From Alphaproteobacteria bacterium (GTDB taxonomy: Bacteria; Pseudomonadota; Alphaproteobacteria; UBA9219): 64,000 bases of DNA. The translations under genes were made by a program, and so were the position numbers. Shown here in pieces: positions 8,328 through 18,087 of this stretch. Position 1 is the stretch's first letter. Every line of letters begins with the position of its first letter. Below the pieces are notes generated by a model. That model was not told the DNA's origin and searched no databases. It saw nothing but the letters and a program-made list of their open reading frames with translations. Location of the stretch: contig JANRKK010000045.1 of the NCBI GenBank assembly GCA_033763555.1, positions 2,277-66,276 on the forward strand. The letters are read 5' to 3'.

Positions 8328-10472
8328 ATGAATCAAGAACAATTGATGATGATGACGGACGTCCGCGAAATCTGGCTTTTCGTGCGCCGTAACGCCAAGC
8401 TTATCCTGTTGATCGCCGTCAGCGCTTCTATCCTGGCCTTCATATCGACCTTTATCATCCCGCCTCGCTACACAGGCGAAGCGGTGATCATGCTCGACCC
8501 GCGCAAAACGAACCTGACCAACGTTCAGTCAGTTCTCTCCAACCTTCCTGCTGAAAACGCAGCCGTCCGAAGCGAAATCGACATCATTGAATCGCGGGCC
8601 GTCATCAACCGCGTCATTGAAGAGCTCGACCTGCTCAACAATGCCGATTTCAACCCCAGCCTGTCCGGTACGCGTTGGTTCCTCCGCCTTTTCGCCAGCC
8701 GCAAGCCCGAAAGCAAGCAGCAACAGATCAGCGAAGACCGTAGCGCTATTGCCAACAAGCTGACCAAGCGCCTGACAGTCGAGAATGACGGCCGTTCCTA
8801 CAGCATCGTCCTCAAATACCGTGATCGCGACCCCGCCCAGGCTGCCAAGATTGCCAATTCCTTTGCTGATCAATATCTCGTTGATCAGCTGGAAGTTAAG
8901 TACGACATCACCCAGCGCGCCAACGCCTGGCTGTCCAAGCGCCTTTCCGATCTACGCGATAAGGTTGGCGTCGCCGAGCGAGCGATTGAAGACTACAAGA
9001 CATCCAACAATCTGGTCGATGTCGGCGATGAAACCATCACGCAACAGCAGCTAAGCGCCATCGATGAACATTTGCTGGAAGCCCGCGCCGAAAGGTCACA
9101 GGCCGAAGCGCGCTACACCAGCGTTAAAAATATGGGCGAACATGCCCTTGAAACATCGTCCGTCATCATCGCTTCCCCGTTGATTCAACAATTAAAGCAG
9201 CAGGAAGCTGAAGTCCGCCGGAAAGAGGCTGACCTCGCCACCCGCTACGGCGACCGCCATCCGATGATCATCGATACGCGTAATGAGCTGCGCAGTATCC
9301 GCGACAAAATTGCCGAAGAAATCAAAAAAATCGTCGCGGGTCTTAAGAATGATTACGACATCGCCTCCAGCAAGACGGACAGCCTGGAGCGTGAACTGAC
9401 CCGCCTGAAGGCCGAAACGGGCGAAGGTAACAAGGCCATGGTTGTCCTGCGACAAATGCAGCGCGAAGCCAGCTCCAACCGCAGCCTGTATGAAGGTTTT
9501 TTGAACCGCTTTAAGCAGATCGCCGAGCAGCAGGATCTGCAGATTGCAGATTCCCGTATCATTGCCCGCGCAGAACCGCCGATTAAACCACACTTCCCCA
9601 AAAAGTGGATATTCACAGGTGTCGGCGCGGCGGCAGGCCTGGTTCTGGGCTTCCTCTTGACGCTTCTGCTGGAATATCTCGACCGTGGCATGCGTTCGCT
9701 GACGGCGGCTGAAAAGCTTTATGGCATTTCAGGATTGGGCATCGTTCCCCTTGCTGAAACATCCGAAGGCCAACTGCCAACCGATTATCTGCTGGAAAAA
9801 CCGCTATCGATCTATGCCGAATCCATCCGGTCTATCCGTGCTGCTATCCACTTCTCAAACGTCGACCGTCCCCCAAAAACTGTTGTCGTTACCAGTTCCT
9901 TCCCCAACGAAGGGAAGACTGTGTTTTCATCCTCCCTGGCCCGCTTGTTGGCAAAATCAGGGCAGAAAACCATCCTGATCGACGCTGATATGCGCCGCCC
10001 GCGCATCCATAGCATTCTGGGTCTCGACAAAAATAAACCTGATCTGGCCTCAGTTCTGGCTGGCAAGGCTACACTTGCCCAAGCCCTCCAGAAGGACGCC
10101 AGCGGTGCGGATGTCATCATCGCCCGGGCCCGCACCATGAATCCGCAGGATTTGCTGAATTCCCACCAGATGGAAAAGCTGCTCAATACGCTGCGCGAAA
10201 ACTATGATATGGTGATTATCGATACGCCTCCGGTCATGGCCGTGGCTGACGCCGCGCTCATCGGCCAGAAGGCGGATACGACGGTTTATGTTGCCCGTTG
10301 GTCGGCCACACCCAAGGAAGTCATCGGTGAAGGTCTGAAGCAGTTGGCAAAGTTCAATATCCGCCTTGCGGGCATGGTGCTGACGCAGGTCGATCTCCAA
10401 GACAAGAAGCAATACGGTTACGACGACTACAGCTACTATTATGGCCAGTACAAGAGCTATTACACGAATTAA
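8328..10472 (+). CDS. Polysaccharide co-polymerase PCP-2a / tyrosine autokinase (Wzc/ExoP-like chain-length determinant)
   Basis: 714 aa with an N-terminal TM, a Wzz-like periplasmic coiled coil and a second TM. The C-terminal P-loop ATPase domain carries SSFPNEGKTVFSSSLA and DTPPV, and there is a Tyr-rich tail YGYDDYSYYYGQYKSYYTN. Confidence 0.85.
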   Translation: MNQEQLMMMTDVREIWLFVRRNAKLILLIAVSASILAFISTFIIPPRYTGEAVIMLDPRKTNLTNVQSVLSNLPAENAAVRSEIDIIESRAVINRVIEELDLLNNADFNPSLSGTRWFLRLFASRKPESKQQQISEDRSAIANKLTKRLTVENDGRSYSIVLKYRDRDPAQAAKIANSFADQYLVDQLEVKYDITQRANAWLSKRLSDLRDKVGVAERAIEDYKTSNNLVDVGDETITQQQLSAIDEHLLEARAERSQAEARYTSVKNMGEHALETSSVIIASPLIQQLKQQEAEVRRKEADLATRYGDRHPMIIDTRNELRSIRDKIAEEIKKIVAGLKNDYDIASSKTDSLERELTRLKAETGEGNKAMVVLRQMQREASSNRSLYEGFLNRFKQIAEQQDLQIADSRIIARAEPPIKPHFPKKWIFTGVGAAAGLVLGFLLTLLLEYLDRGMRSLTAAEKLYGISGLGIVPLAETSEGQLPTDYLLEKPLSIYAESIRSIRAAIHFSNVDRPPKTVVVTSSFPNEGKTVFSSSLARLLAKSGQKTILIDADMRRPRIHSILGLDKNKPDLASVLAGKATLAQALQKDASGADVIIARARTMNPQDLLNSHQMEKLLNTLRENYDMVIIDTPPVMAVADAALIGQKADTTVYVARWSATPKEVIGEGLKQLAKFNIRLAGMVLTQVDLQDKKQYGYDDYSYYYGQYKSYYTN

Positions 10473-11043
10473 ATCCGTTAAGAACGGATTTGCCGCGCTG
10501 TACGGCGCGCTGGTGCTCTTTGCCCTGATCAATCTGTTCTGGACGCTGACCCCGGCCGAAGACAGCAACGCCAAAATCGATGAAAAGATGCAGACGGTGG
10601 ACAGCCTCCCCGTCCGTGAGCGGCTTGAGCTTCTGACCCAGTTGCGTCAGGACCAGGAAAGCAACCTGACGCGCAGACCGTCAGAGCCCTATGGCTGGGC
10701 CCGCCTCTCTCGCCTGCGTTCCATGACCCAGGGTGATGCAAAGGCTGCCTTTGCGGCCCTGCAGATGTCCGATCTTGTCAGCCCCTATGAGGCTGCCCAA
10801 ATGCCGGAGCGCGCCATCATGTGGTACAAGCTGCGCGGCGTTCAAACGCCGGAGCAGCGCGCCTATCAGGATATTCTCTGGAAAAAAGCCTACGGGTTTC
10901 AACGCAAGGCGACCTGGACGATTGCCGTCGATAACAATCTGATCAAGGAAGTTGGCGAATCCTTGAAGAAGACCGAGCCGTCCCTGTACGAAGAATGGAA
11001 GACATGGGACGCCATGCGCAGCCAGGGCAAAACGACGCCCTAG
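10441..11043 (+). CDS. Hypothetical membrane-anchored protein
   Basis: 200 aa with a single N-terminal TM (FAALYGALVLFALINLFWTL). Its only ATG start overlaps the Wzc-like 3' end by 32 nt out of frame. The 3' end abuts the convergent ligase-like gene. Confidence 0.4.
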   Translation: MASTRAITRIKSVKNGFAALYGALVLFALINLFWTLTPAEDSNAKIDEKMQTVDSLPVRERLELLTQLRQDQESNLTRRPSEPYGWARLSRLRSMTQGDAKAAFAALQMSDLVSPYEAAQMPERAIMWYKLRGVQTPEQRAYQDILWKKAYGFQRKATWTIAVDNNLIKEVGESLKKTEPSLYEEWKTWDAMRSQGKTTP

Positions 11044-12434
11044 CCTTTCGTGTTCGCAATGGTCTGACGGTCGGATTGCGTCCAGCTCTGCGCCAGCCCC
11101 GTTCCTAACAACGCTGCCCATACCATCGCTACACCGGGTATCTGCAGGCTGAAATCCACGCAGGCATGCAGCAGAACCATGCATGAGGTGGTCAGGGCCA
11201 GAACGGAGAAAATACCATTCTGGCGGCGGCGCATGACGCCATGGCCCAGAACGCTTAGCAGCAGCCCTATGGCCACCCACAGCAGCAACCCAAAGGGAAC
11301 GCCCAGATCCAGAAGGGATTCCAGAACATCGCTGTGCGCGCGTTTAAAGCCCATCAGCATATTATGCTGATAAAGGCGGTATTCCGCCTCAAACCCGTTC
11401 AGCCCATAGCCCAGCCAGGGATTATCAAGCAGAGCCCGCCAGACCATTTTGTAGACTTTGAGCCTGTCCAGCGATGAGCTGTCATTGAACAGCACCGAGA
11501 AGCGCTCAGACAGCTGCATGGCGATGACCGAAGCCACAATCAGAAGGCCCAGAGCCACAAGGCCCATGATGACCATCCGCTTCCAGGCTTTGAGATAGAT
11601 TTGATAAAAGAAAAAATACGCGCCAACGCCGAAGACAGCCAGCAACAGCCCCGCGCGCGAATGGCTGAATATGATGCAGAGAAAAACCATGAACAGCAAA
11701 AAGACCTGAAAGAAGCCTTCCTTCACCAGCCATTCACGGAGCAAGGCAATCCGCTTGTGTGGTTTTTGCCTTTGAACCTTCTGCTGCCATGAACGGAAGA
11801 ACAGCGACGCGCCACAGACCAGAACCATACCCGCATAAAGGGCGAAGTGGTTACGATTGACGAAAGTCGCCGTCAAATCCCCCTGATAAGCCCATTTATC
11901 AAACCAGAGAATTTTATCCATGCCCGTGATGTAGACGAGCAGGCCATAGGCGCAAATGACAGTACCGGATAGCCACAGGGTTTTGATCAGGCTTTGCGCC
12001 CTGCCCGCATCTTGCCCCAGAATGTAGCCCAGCAGCCCTGCGGCGATGTAGGTCATCAGGCCCGTAATGCCTTGCAGACTATCTTCAGGCGTAACGGCTA
12101 TCGCGCCATGGATAGAGGTGCCCAGAACGGTCGCTGCTTCATGCCAGAGCGGATGCACCCAGGAGCCGGGAACAAAGGGCATGGTCTGAAAGAAGGCCCA
12201 TAGCAGGACAACCCCAAAAAGCCCGAGAGCCCAGCGTATGCGCGGAAAGAAATGCACCTGCGACCATACGCCCGGGCTGGAAAGTAACAACAGGCAGCTT
12301 GCCGCTAGTCCGGCCTGCGCCAGCCCCATGGGTATCGGCCGATTACCGCCAAGCCCGATGGGCAACAACGCTACACTCAGGGCAAAGCACCAGAAGGCGT
12401 AGTCGGTAAAATTCAGGCGGTTTGTATGAGCCAT
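11040..12434 (-). CDS. O-antigen ligase / Wzy_C-family polytopic membrane protein (EPS polymerase or ligase, ExoQ-like)
   Basis: 464 aa with about 10-12 TM helices and a Wzy_C-like motif region (FSHSRAGLLLAVFGVGAYFFF). Confidence 0.65.
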   Translation of the reverse strand: MAHTNRLNFTDYAFWCFALSVALLPIGLGGNRPIPMGLAQAGLAASCLLLLSSPGVWSQVHFFPRIRWALGLFGVVLLWAFFQTMPFVPGSWVHPLWHEAATVLGTSIHGAIAVTPEDSLQGITGLMTYIAAGLLGYILGQDAGRAQSLIKTLWLSGTVICAYGLLVYITGMDKILWFDKWAYQGDLTATFVNRNHFALYAGMVLVCGASLFFRSWQQKVQRQKPHKRIALLREWLVKEGFFQVFLLFMVFLCIIFSHSRAGLLLAVFGVGAYFFFYQIYLKAWKRMVIMGLVALGLLIVASVIAMQLSERFSVLFNDSSSLDRLKVYKMVWRALLDNPWLGYGLNGFEAEYRLYQHNMLMGFKRAHSDVLESLLDLGVPFGLLLWVAIGLLLSVLGHGVMRRRQNGIFSVLALTTSCMVLLHACVDFSLQIPGVAMVWAALLGTGLAQSWTQSDRQTIANTKG

Positions 12435-13141
12435 TGTTTCGTCCCTTCAAGCGCCAAGGCTGTGAGGCAGCCCGTTGCATAAGCGCCTGTATCTATACTG
12501 ATGCGATTCGGGCAAAACTCAGCCTCAAATGTAATGGTATGGCCATGTACGACAACCTTGCCGAAGGAATCCTTGTGGTTCAGGAATTCATAACGAATCC
12601 AGACAAGATCCTGCTCATTTTGTGATTCGAGTGCGACGCCCGGCCGCACCCCTGCATGGCAGAAAAAATAATCGCCGTAGGTGGCTGAAAGCTCCAAATT
12701 TTCCAGAAAATCCACATGCGCTGGCGGAACCTTGGAAGCCATTTCCTTCAGAACTTCGGTGGGATTTTCGGTCAACTTGGCAGGCGACAGGCCATAGCTG
12801 AGAAGCGTCTCCCTGCCTCCGAATTGGAACCAGTCGCCAAGCAATCCAGGATCGGAATCGCGCAACAGCTGTCGCATGACTTGTTCGTGATTACCCATAA
12901 GGAAAATGGGTGGTTCTTTTTCCTTCGCGCGCCAGTCGATCAGATAGTCGATGATCTGGCAGCTATGGAGGCCACGGTCGATATAATCGCCAAGAAAAAT
13001 CTTTTTAACAGGGCCTTTTGCTGTCTTTGCATCCTCATCGATTTTGGCAAGCAGCTGTTTCAATAAATCCAGACGGCCATGCACATCGCCTACGGCGTAA
13101 AGCCGTATCCCTTCGGGAAGGCTCGGAGATGATGTGGTCAT
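12413..13141 (-). CDS. PPP-family metallophosphoesterase (bacterial Ser/Thr protein phosphatase, PrpA/ApaH-like)
   Basis: The motifs GDVHGR, GDYIDRG, GNHE and HGHT are present. The 3' end overlaps the start of the ligase-like gene by 22 nt. Confidence 0.8.
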   Translation of the reverse strand: MTTSSPSLPEGIRLYAVGDVHGRLDLLKQLLAKIDEDAKTAKGPVKKIFLGDYIDRGLHSCQIIDYLIDWRAKEKEPPIFLMGNHEQVMRQLLRDSDPGLLGDWFQFGGRETLLSYGLSPAKLTENPTEVLKEMASKVPPAHVDFLENLELSATYGDYFFCHAGVRPGVALESQNEQDLVWIRYEFLNHKDSFGKVVVHGHTITFEAEFCPNRISIDTGAYATGCLTALALEGTKQWLIQTA

Positions 13142-13236
13142 GAATGAAGCCGTAAGGCTGGTTAAGTTCGATCGATTTTTCTCAGGAAGCTATACAAACC
13201 CTTGCCAGGACTGTCAAAAATGCGCAATTCTTCTGC

Positions 13237-14793
13237 ATGGCTTTTTCCCGTTCTGTTGCAACTGTTGGGTTCTTTACGCTTCTGTCGCGCCTGCTTGGCT
13301 TTGTGCGCGATCTGGTAACCGCCAATCTGCTGGGCGTAGGCCCTGTCGCCGATGCCTATATCGTCGCTCAGCGGCTCCCCAACATGTTCCGCGCCCTATT
13401 CGCTGAAGGAGCCGTGGATTCCACCTTTGTGCCGATTTACACCCGCAAAAAGCGGCAAGAAGCTCCGGCCGAGGTCGCCGTCTTCGTCAATCACATTTTC
13501 ACGATACTGGTTCTGGTTCTTTTACCCCTGACCATTCTTGCTATCCTGCTCATGCCGTGGGTTATCCGTTTGATCGCACCCGGCTTTGCCGATGATCCCC
13601 AGCGTTTTAATCTGGCTGTCACCTATGGCAGCATTACCTTCGGTTATCTTCTGCTGGTTTCCGTTACGGCTCTCCAAGGCGGCTTGTTGAATGCCAATCG
13701 GCATTTTGCGCCCTTTGCCATTGCTCCCGTCATTCTGAACGCCATCATGATTGCCGGACTTCTCTATGCGAAATGGGAAGGTCTGGAAGCAGGGCTGATT
13801 GGCTCATGGGCTTTGATCGCGGGCGGCGTGGCGCAATGCGCTTGGCTTTATGTCTATTGCCGCCGTCAGGGTCTTTCTTTGGGTTTTGCCTGGCCCCGTT
13901 GGACAAGCGATGTCCGGCGCTTTTTCAAACTTGTCGGGCCGGGTGTGATCGGCATCAGCGCTGATCAAATCCACCTGCTGGTTTCGACCATTTTGGCTTC
14001 AACGCTGCCTTCAGGTGCCATTGCGGCGCTTTATTATGCCGACCGAGTTAATCAACTTCCTTTTGGTGTTATCGGCGGTGCAATTGCAACAACTCTGCTG
14101 CCCGTCTTGACTCATCACATCGCCGCCCGCGAAACCAAGGAAACGACCCATCATTTCAGCCGCGCGATTGAGATCGCCCTCCTCGTCAGCCTGCCTGTGG
14201 GCCTGGTTCTGCTTCTGGCGGCCGAACCGCTTATCCGCATTTTGTTCCAGCATGGTGCGTTCGATGCCGAAAATACCCGCTCTACGGCACAGGCCCTTGC
14301 CAGCTACGCGCTGGCTATTCCGGCCTATATGATGGTGCGCATTCTGAATATGCGTTTCTTCGCACATGAAGATACGAAAACGCCTGTGCTTGTGACCTTT
14401 ATTGCCGTTCTCGCGAATGGCGGTGCAGCATGGCTGCTCAAGCCTTCACTTGGCCATGTCGGCATTGCTTTGGCCTTCACCTTCGCCCTTTGGGTTAATG
14501 CCGTCTGTTTAAGCTTTCTTTTGTGGCAACGAGGTCAGTTTCGCGTTGACCGGACTTTAAAACGGCACCTACCGCGCCTTGCCGGAGCCGCAGCCATTAT
14601 GGGAGGTGTGTTGATGGTGAGCGTAAGGCTGAATGAAAGTCTGAGCGAAGTTCTTGTGTTGCCAGACTTTATCTATGATCTGGTCGTTTTGGGCATCCGA
14701 CTTGGCGTAAGCGGCATGGCTTACCTTGCAGTCCTTGATATGCTGGGTGTCGCGCGCCTGTCGGATATCAAGAAGCTTTTGAAACGCGCTTGA
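13237..14793 (+). CDS. murJ: MurJ/MviN-family (MVF) lipid-linked oligosaccharide flippase
   Basis: 518 aa with a conserved MurJ N-terminus (LLSRLLGFVRDLVTANLLGVGPVADAYIVAQRLPNMFRALFAEGA) and about 14 TM helices. Confidence 0.85.
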   Translation: MAFSRSVATVGFFTLLSRLLGFVRDLVTANLLGVGPVADAYIVAQRLPNMFRALFAEGAVDSTFVPIYTRKKRQEAPAEVAVFVNHIFTILVLVLLPLTILAILLMPWVIRLIAPGFADDPQRFNLAVTYGSITFGYLLLVSVTALQGGLLNANRHFAPFAIAPVILNAIMIAGLLYAKWEGLEAGLIGSWALIAGGVAQCAWLYVYCRRQGLSLGFAWPRWTSDVRRFFKLVGPGVIGISADQIHLLVSTILASTLPSGAIAALYYADRVNQLPFGVIGGAIATTLLPVLTHHIAARETKETTHHFSRAIEIALLVSLPVGLVLLLAAEPLIRILFQHGAFDAENTRSTAQALASYALAIPAYMMVRILNMRFFAHEDTKTPVLVTFIAVLANGGAAWLLKPSLGHVGIALAFTFALWVNAVCLSFLLWQRGQFRVDRTLKRHLPRLAGAAAIMGGVLMVSVRLNESLSEVLVLPDFIYDLVVLGIRLGVSGMAYLAVLDMLGVARLSDIKKLLKRA

Positions 14794-15550
14794 GATAAAC
14801 GCCTTTCACTTTTTCGACGATAGCGCAGACGAGTTTCTTGATAAAAACCTGATACTCGATCAGGTAACGGCGCCACAATCTGCCCGGCTCTTTGTAGAGC
14901 CTGTACAGAAAGCGTATATTCCACTCATCAACCCAGCGCGGGTAGTACGGATCAGCCAGCAAATACTGGTCAAAAAATCCGCCGCAGGTAATGGCCATGC
15001 CTTTGTATCCCGCATCGCGCAAGGCTAGCAAAAAGGCTTCCTGACGCGGCGCACCCATAGCCACAATGACGGCATCAGGCGATTTGGCGATGACACCTTC
15101 CACTTTCGGCCCGAAATCGCCGTATCCATGGAATGTGCCGACAATTTTTAATTCGGGATAATGGACATGGAGTTTTTCATGCATGGATTCATCCACGCCC
15201 GGATCGCCACCGACGAGCATAAGGGATGCTTTGCGTTCAATGACCGCCCGCAAGAAAGGATCAGCCAATGACGTCATGTCAAAGCTGACCCGCTGACAAT
15301 CCTCTTTCGTCAGTAAACGGCAGGCCAATGCAACGCCTTCGCCATCCGGCAAGTTGAGGGACATCTGTTCCAGTGTAGGAACATATTCAGGGCGCTTCTC
15401 AGCCAAAGCCCAGGCGGCTGGATTGATAAAGGTCACAAGGCGCGGCTTGCCCTTTTTCTGCAGCAACTGACAGACGCCTTCAACGCTCGCGCCGACATCC
15501 AGCGGCAATCCAAGAAAAGTGATACGCTTCATACTCATGTTTGTGTCCAA
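14768..15550 (-). CDS. WecB/TagA/CpsF-family glycosyltransferase
   Basis: 260 aa with core ITFLGLPLDV...LVTFINPAAWALAEKRPEY...DGEGVA, typical of PF03808. The 3' end overlaps the murJ 3' end convergently by 26 nt. Confidence 0.75.
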   Translation of the reverse strand: MDTNMSMKRITFLGLPLDVGASVEGVCQLLQKKGKPRLVTFINPAAWALAEKRPEYVPTLEQMSLNLPDGEGVALACRLLTKEDCQRVSFDMTSLADPFLRAVIERKASLMLVGGDPGVDESMHEKLHVHYPELKIVGTFHGYGDFGPKVEGVIAKSPDAVIVAMGAPRQEAFLLALRDAGYKGMAITCGGFFDQYLLADPYYPRWVDEWNIRFLYRLYKEPGRLWRRYLIEYQVFIKKLVCAIVEKVKGVYLKRVSKAS

Positions 15551-15552
15551 TC

Positions 15553-16632
15553 TTATGCCTGTTTGCGCGCCTGTCCGGTTAGATCCGAGCGATAGGCTGC
15601 AAAGGCAGTATCATCCTTGATCAGCCCCAGCCGCACAAGATCGCCGGAATTCCTGTACATAACGCTTTTTCCATAGAAGAACGACATGCGAGGGTCTGAT
15701 TCCATGGCCTTAAGATAACGGGCATATTCGCTTGCGCCATCAAAATGTTCACCGCGCTTGACCTCTCCCATAACCCGTTCGTGGAAATCTGAAAAAAACT
15801 TGAAATGCAGCAAGGCGCCTGTGACCGAAGCCAGCTTGAGGGGCGAAACCATGTGGCTGTTGACCAATTGGAAACCGGGTTTCACCTGAAACAGGGGAAC
15901 TTTGAAAAGAATGGGCGGCACCGAGCAATTGACCGACAGTTGAATGCCAAAACGGCTTAAAAGATCGCGCAGACGGCGTAAAATTTTGGTTTTGGCTACG
16001 GCCCACATCCCTGCCCTGTGATACTCAGGATAAAAGCGCCGCAAACGCGGGCCGCCGACAGGCTCGATACGGGGAAACGGCTTTTTGGCAAAAGGCGCCT
16101 TCAGACGTGGCCGGAATTTATATTCCGTATCAAGATAAGGGCAAACTTCGAGGAAAGGCTGGCCTTGTTTATAGACCGCCTCGGCCACAGGCCCGCGATT
16201 ATACATATCGATCATGGCCGTATAGAGCCCTTCTGCACCTGTACCTTCCAGATAGGTGCAGAACTCAGGCAGTAACACACTCTCACAGCCCGGATAGATC
16301 AGCATCTCATCGGCATCAAGGATAAGCCACCAGTGCGAGCCTTCGCCATATTGCTGCAAGATATGCTCATGCCAGAGAACGCCATATTTTGCAGTAGCGA
16401 ATGATTCTGACGTGGAAAAGACATGGCAGTCTTTCTGCTGCGCCAAAAATTCCAGGCTGCCATCTGTGGAACCATTATCGACCACAAAAAAACGGCTGAT
16501 ACCCAGCTTGCGGTAATAGCTCAGGAGCCAAGGCAGCCTCTGCGCCTCGTTGCGCGCGATGATAATAGCGCGGCATTCGGGCGTGCTGTTCTCGATAAGA
16601 TGAGAGTCGAGGCGTTGCAGGGTACTGGCCAT
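15553..16632 (-). CDS. Glycosyltransferase family 2 protein (Glyco_tranf_2_4-like)
   Basis: N-terminus RAIIIARNEAQRLPWLLSYYRKLGISRFFVVDNGSTDGS and a DxD motif LDADEML. It is 2 nt downstream of the WecB-like gene. Confidence 0.7.
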   Translation of the reverse strand: MASTLQRLDSHLIENSTPECRAIIIARNEAQRLPWLLSYYRKLGISRFFVVDNGSTDGSLEFLAQQKDCHVFSTSESFATAKYGVLWHEHILQQYGEGSHWWLILDADEMLIYPGCESVLLPEFCTYLEGTGAEGLYTAMIDMYNRGPVAEAVYKQGQPFLEVCPYLDTEYKFRPRLKAPFAKKPFPRIEPVGGPRLRRFYPEYHRAGMWAVAKTKILRRLRDLLSRFGIQLSVNCSVPPILFKVPLFQVKPGFQLVNSHMVSPLKLASVTGALLHFKFFSDFHERVMGEVKRGEHFDGASEYARYLKAMESDPRMSFFYGKSVMYRNSGDLVRLGLIKDDTAFAAYRSDLTGQARKQA

Positions 16633-16770
16633 CAGTCTGTCGTGAGATTAAGGGTTATGCGCAGGCAATGATTAAAAAATCAGCCGCTGTAATATGGGCA
16701 TTGTATATAGCATATAACGTTAAACTTCAAGTTATTACAATAAGTTATTGAATTTTCTGTAACTATAGGT

Positions 16771-17922
16771 TTAGCGTTTTGCGAGCTTTCGCCCAAGGGC
16801 CATGGCGGGCATTTCGACAAAGCGGTTCATGAGGGCTGAAGCTGTCAGGGAAGCTGCCAGTACAACCAAAACGACTGCTCCATAGGGTAATATCCCCAGC
16901 AATTCACGGAACAAAAGAATGAGGATGGGTAAGTGAAGCAGATAGAGACTGTAGGAGATATGCCCCAGCCAAACTAAAGCTTTAGCTTCCAAGAGTTTCC
17001 GAATTTGAGCAGCTTCAACGGCCAGTATTACTAGAACCACCGCGCCAACGCCGTACAGAACATCCGCATAATGCGAATGCGGAATGGGGAACATCAATAA
17101 AGGAATAAGCAGTAGCGCATAGCGCTTGGGTGCCGATAGCTTGCGCATATAGCCATGGATTTCTCTTGCGTGCTTGCTGATTAATATTCCGGCCATGAAA
17201 AACGGAATAAACCGTGCCGTAATAACCCAGGTAATAAGAAAACTGTCAGTTCGGACAAGCCAATGATCCGTCTGTCCTGAAACCAGCAAAAGCCCTGTAG
17301 CGACAACGTATAAAATGATACCTGCAATAACAGCCTTTTTTGTGCTGCGGCATAGCAGCATGAGAAGTGGGAAAATAATCGAGATGCGCATTTCATAAAC
17401 CAGCGACCACATCACGGTATTGAGGGACATGGTTTTTTCCGTTCCCACCATCAGAAGATGTCCCATGAAGGTAAGAAAATCGGGCGGCGCCGCAGGCCAT
17501 ATGCCTTGCAGCCATTGGCTTGTCCCCTCGCCTGTATGGCCAAACCCTATTTGATACAGCAAGGCCGCAAGGAAGATGGATACGAAGAAAGGTATGTAAA
17601 TCCGGCAGATGCGTTTGATAAGATAATGCGGATAATCCGGCTGTTTCCCGCGCAAAAACGGCAAGGCCAACACATAGCCGCTGAGAACAAAAAAGATAAT
17701 CACCGAAGCGTGGCCGTTGATGAAAAGCCGCAAAGGCGTATAGCGTATCCAATTCAACTGCCAGCGCAGCTCTTCCGGCCAGGTTAGATAACAATGCGAA
17801 AAAACGACTACGAGCGCGGCAATACCGCGCAAGGAATCCAGCGCTTCGATCCGCCCCGAGAAAGCGTTTTTGACGTCTTTATCCATGCGTGCTTTTAACC
17901 CATCGCCCAAAACCGGATGCAT
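16771..17922 (-). CDS. Acyltransferase family 3 membrane protein (polysaccharide O-acetyltransferase, ExoZ-like)
   Basis: 383 aa, polytopic, with the acyltransferase_3 motif LDSLRGIAALVVVFSHCY. Confidence 0.8.
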   Translation of the reverse strand: MHPVLGDGLKARMDKDVKNAFSGRIEALDSLRGIAALVVVFSHCYLTWPEELRWQLNWIRYTPLRLFINGHASVIIFFVLSGYVLALPFLRGKQPDYPHYLIKRICRIYIPFFVSIFLAALLYQIGFGHTGEGTSQWLQGIWPAAPPDFLTFMGHLLMVGTEKTMSLNTVMWSLVYEMRISIIFPLLMLLCRSTKKAVIAGIILYVVATGLLLVSGQTDHWLVRTDSFLITWVITARFIPFFMAGILISKHAREIHGYMRKLSAPKRYALLLIPLLMFPIPHSHYADVLYGVGAVVLVILAVEAAQIRKLLEAKALVWLGHISYSLYLLHLPILILLFRELLGILPYGAVVLVVLAASLTASALMNRFVEMPAMALGRKLAKR

Positions 17923-18087
17923 ACTAATGTATTGAAATGTAATAAGAAATTAATTTTTCTCTTTCCTGTGCAACCCCTTTTGCTATAGATTGCCGAGGAA
18001 ATCAGCCATATCGCAGCGCAATATTCCTGCCGAAATCGGCTCATACGAATTGATAATGAGATTTTTGTCAAAGGACACTCCGTAACT

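Noticed and set aside
10681-11280. 199-aa minus-strand ORF spanning the 10441-11043 gene and the ligase-like gene end
   Set aside because: It overlaps two better-supported genes. It is Arg/Gly/Ala-rich with no motif.
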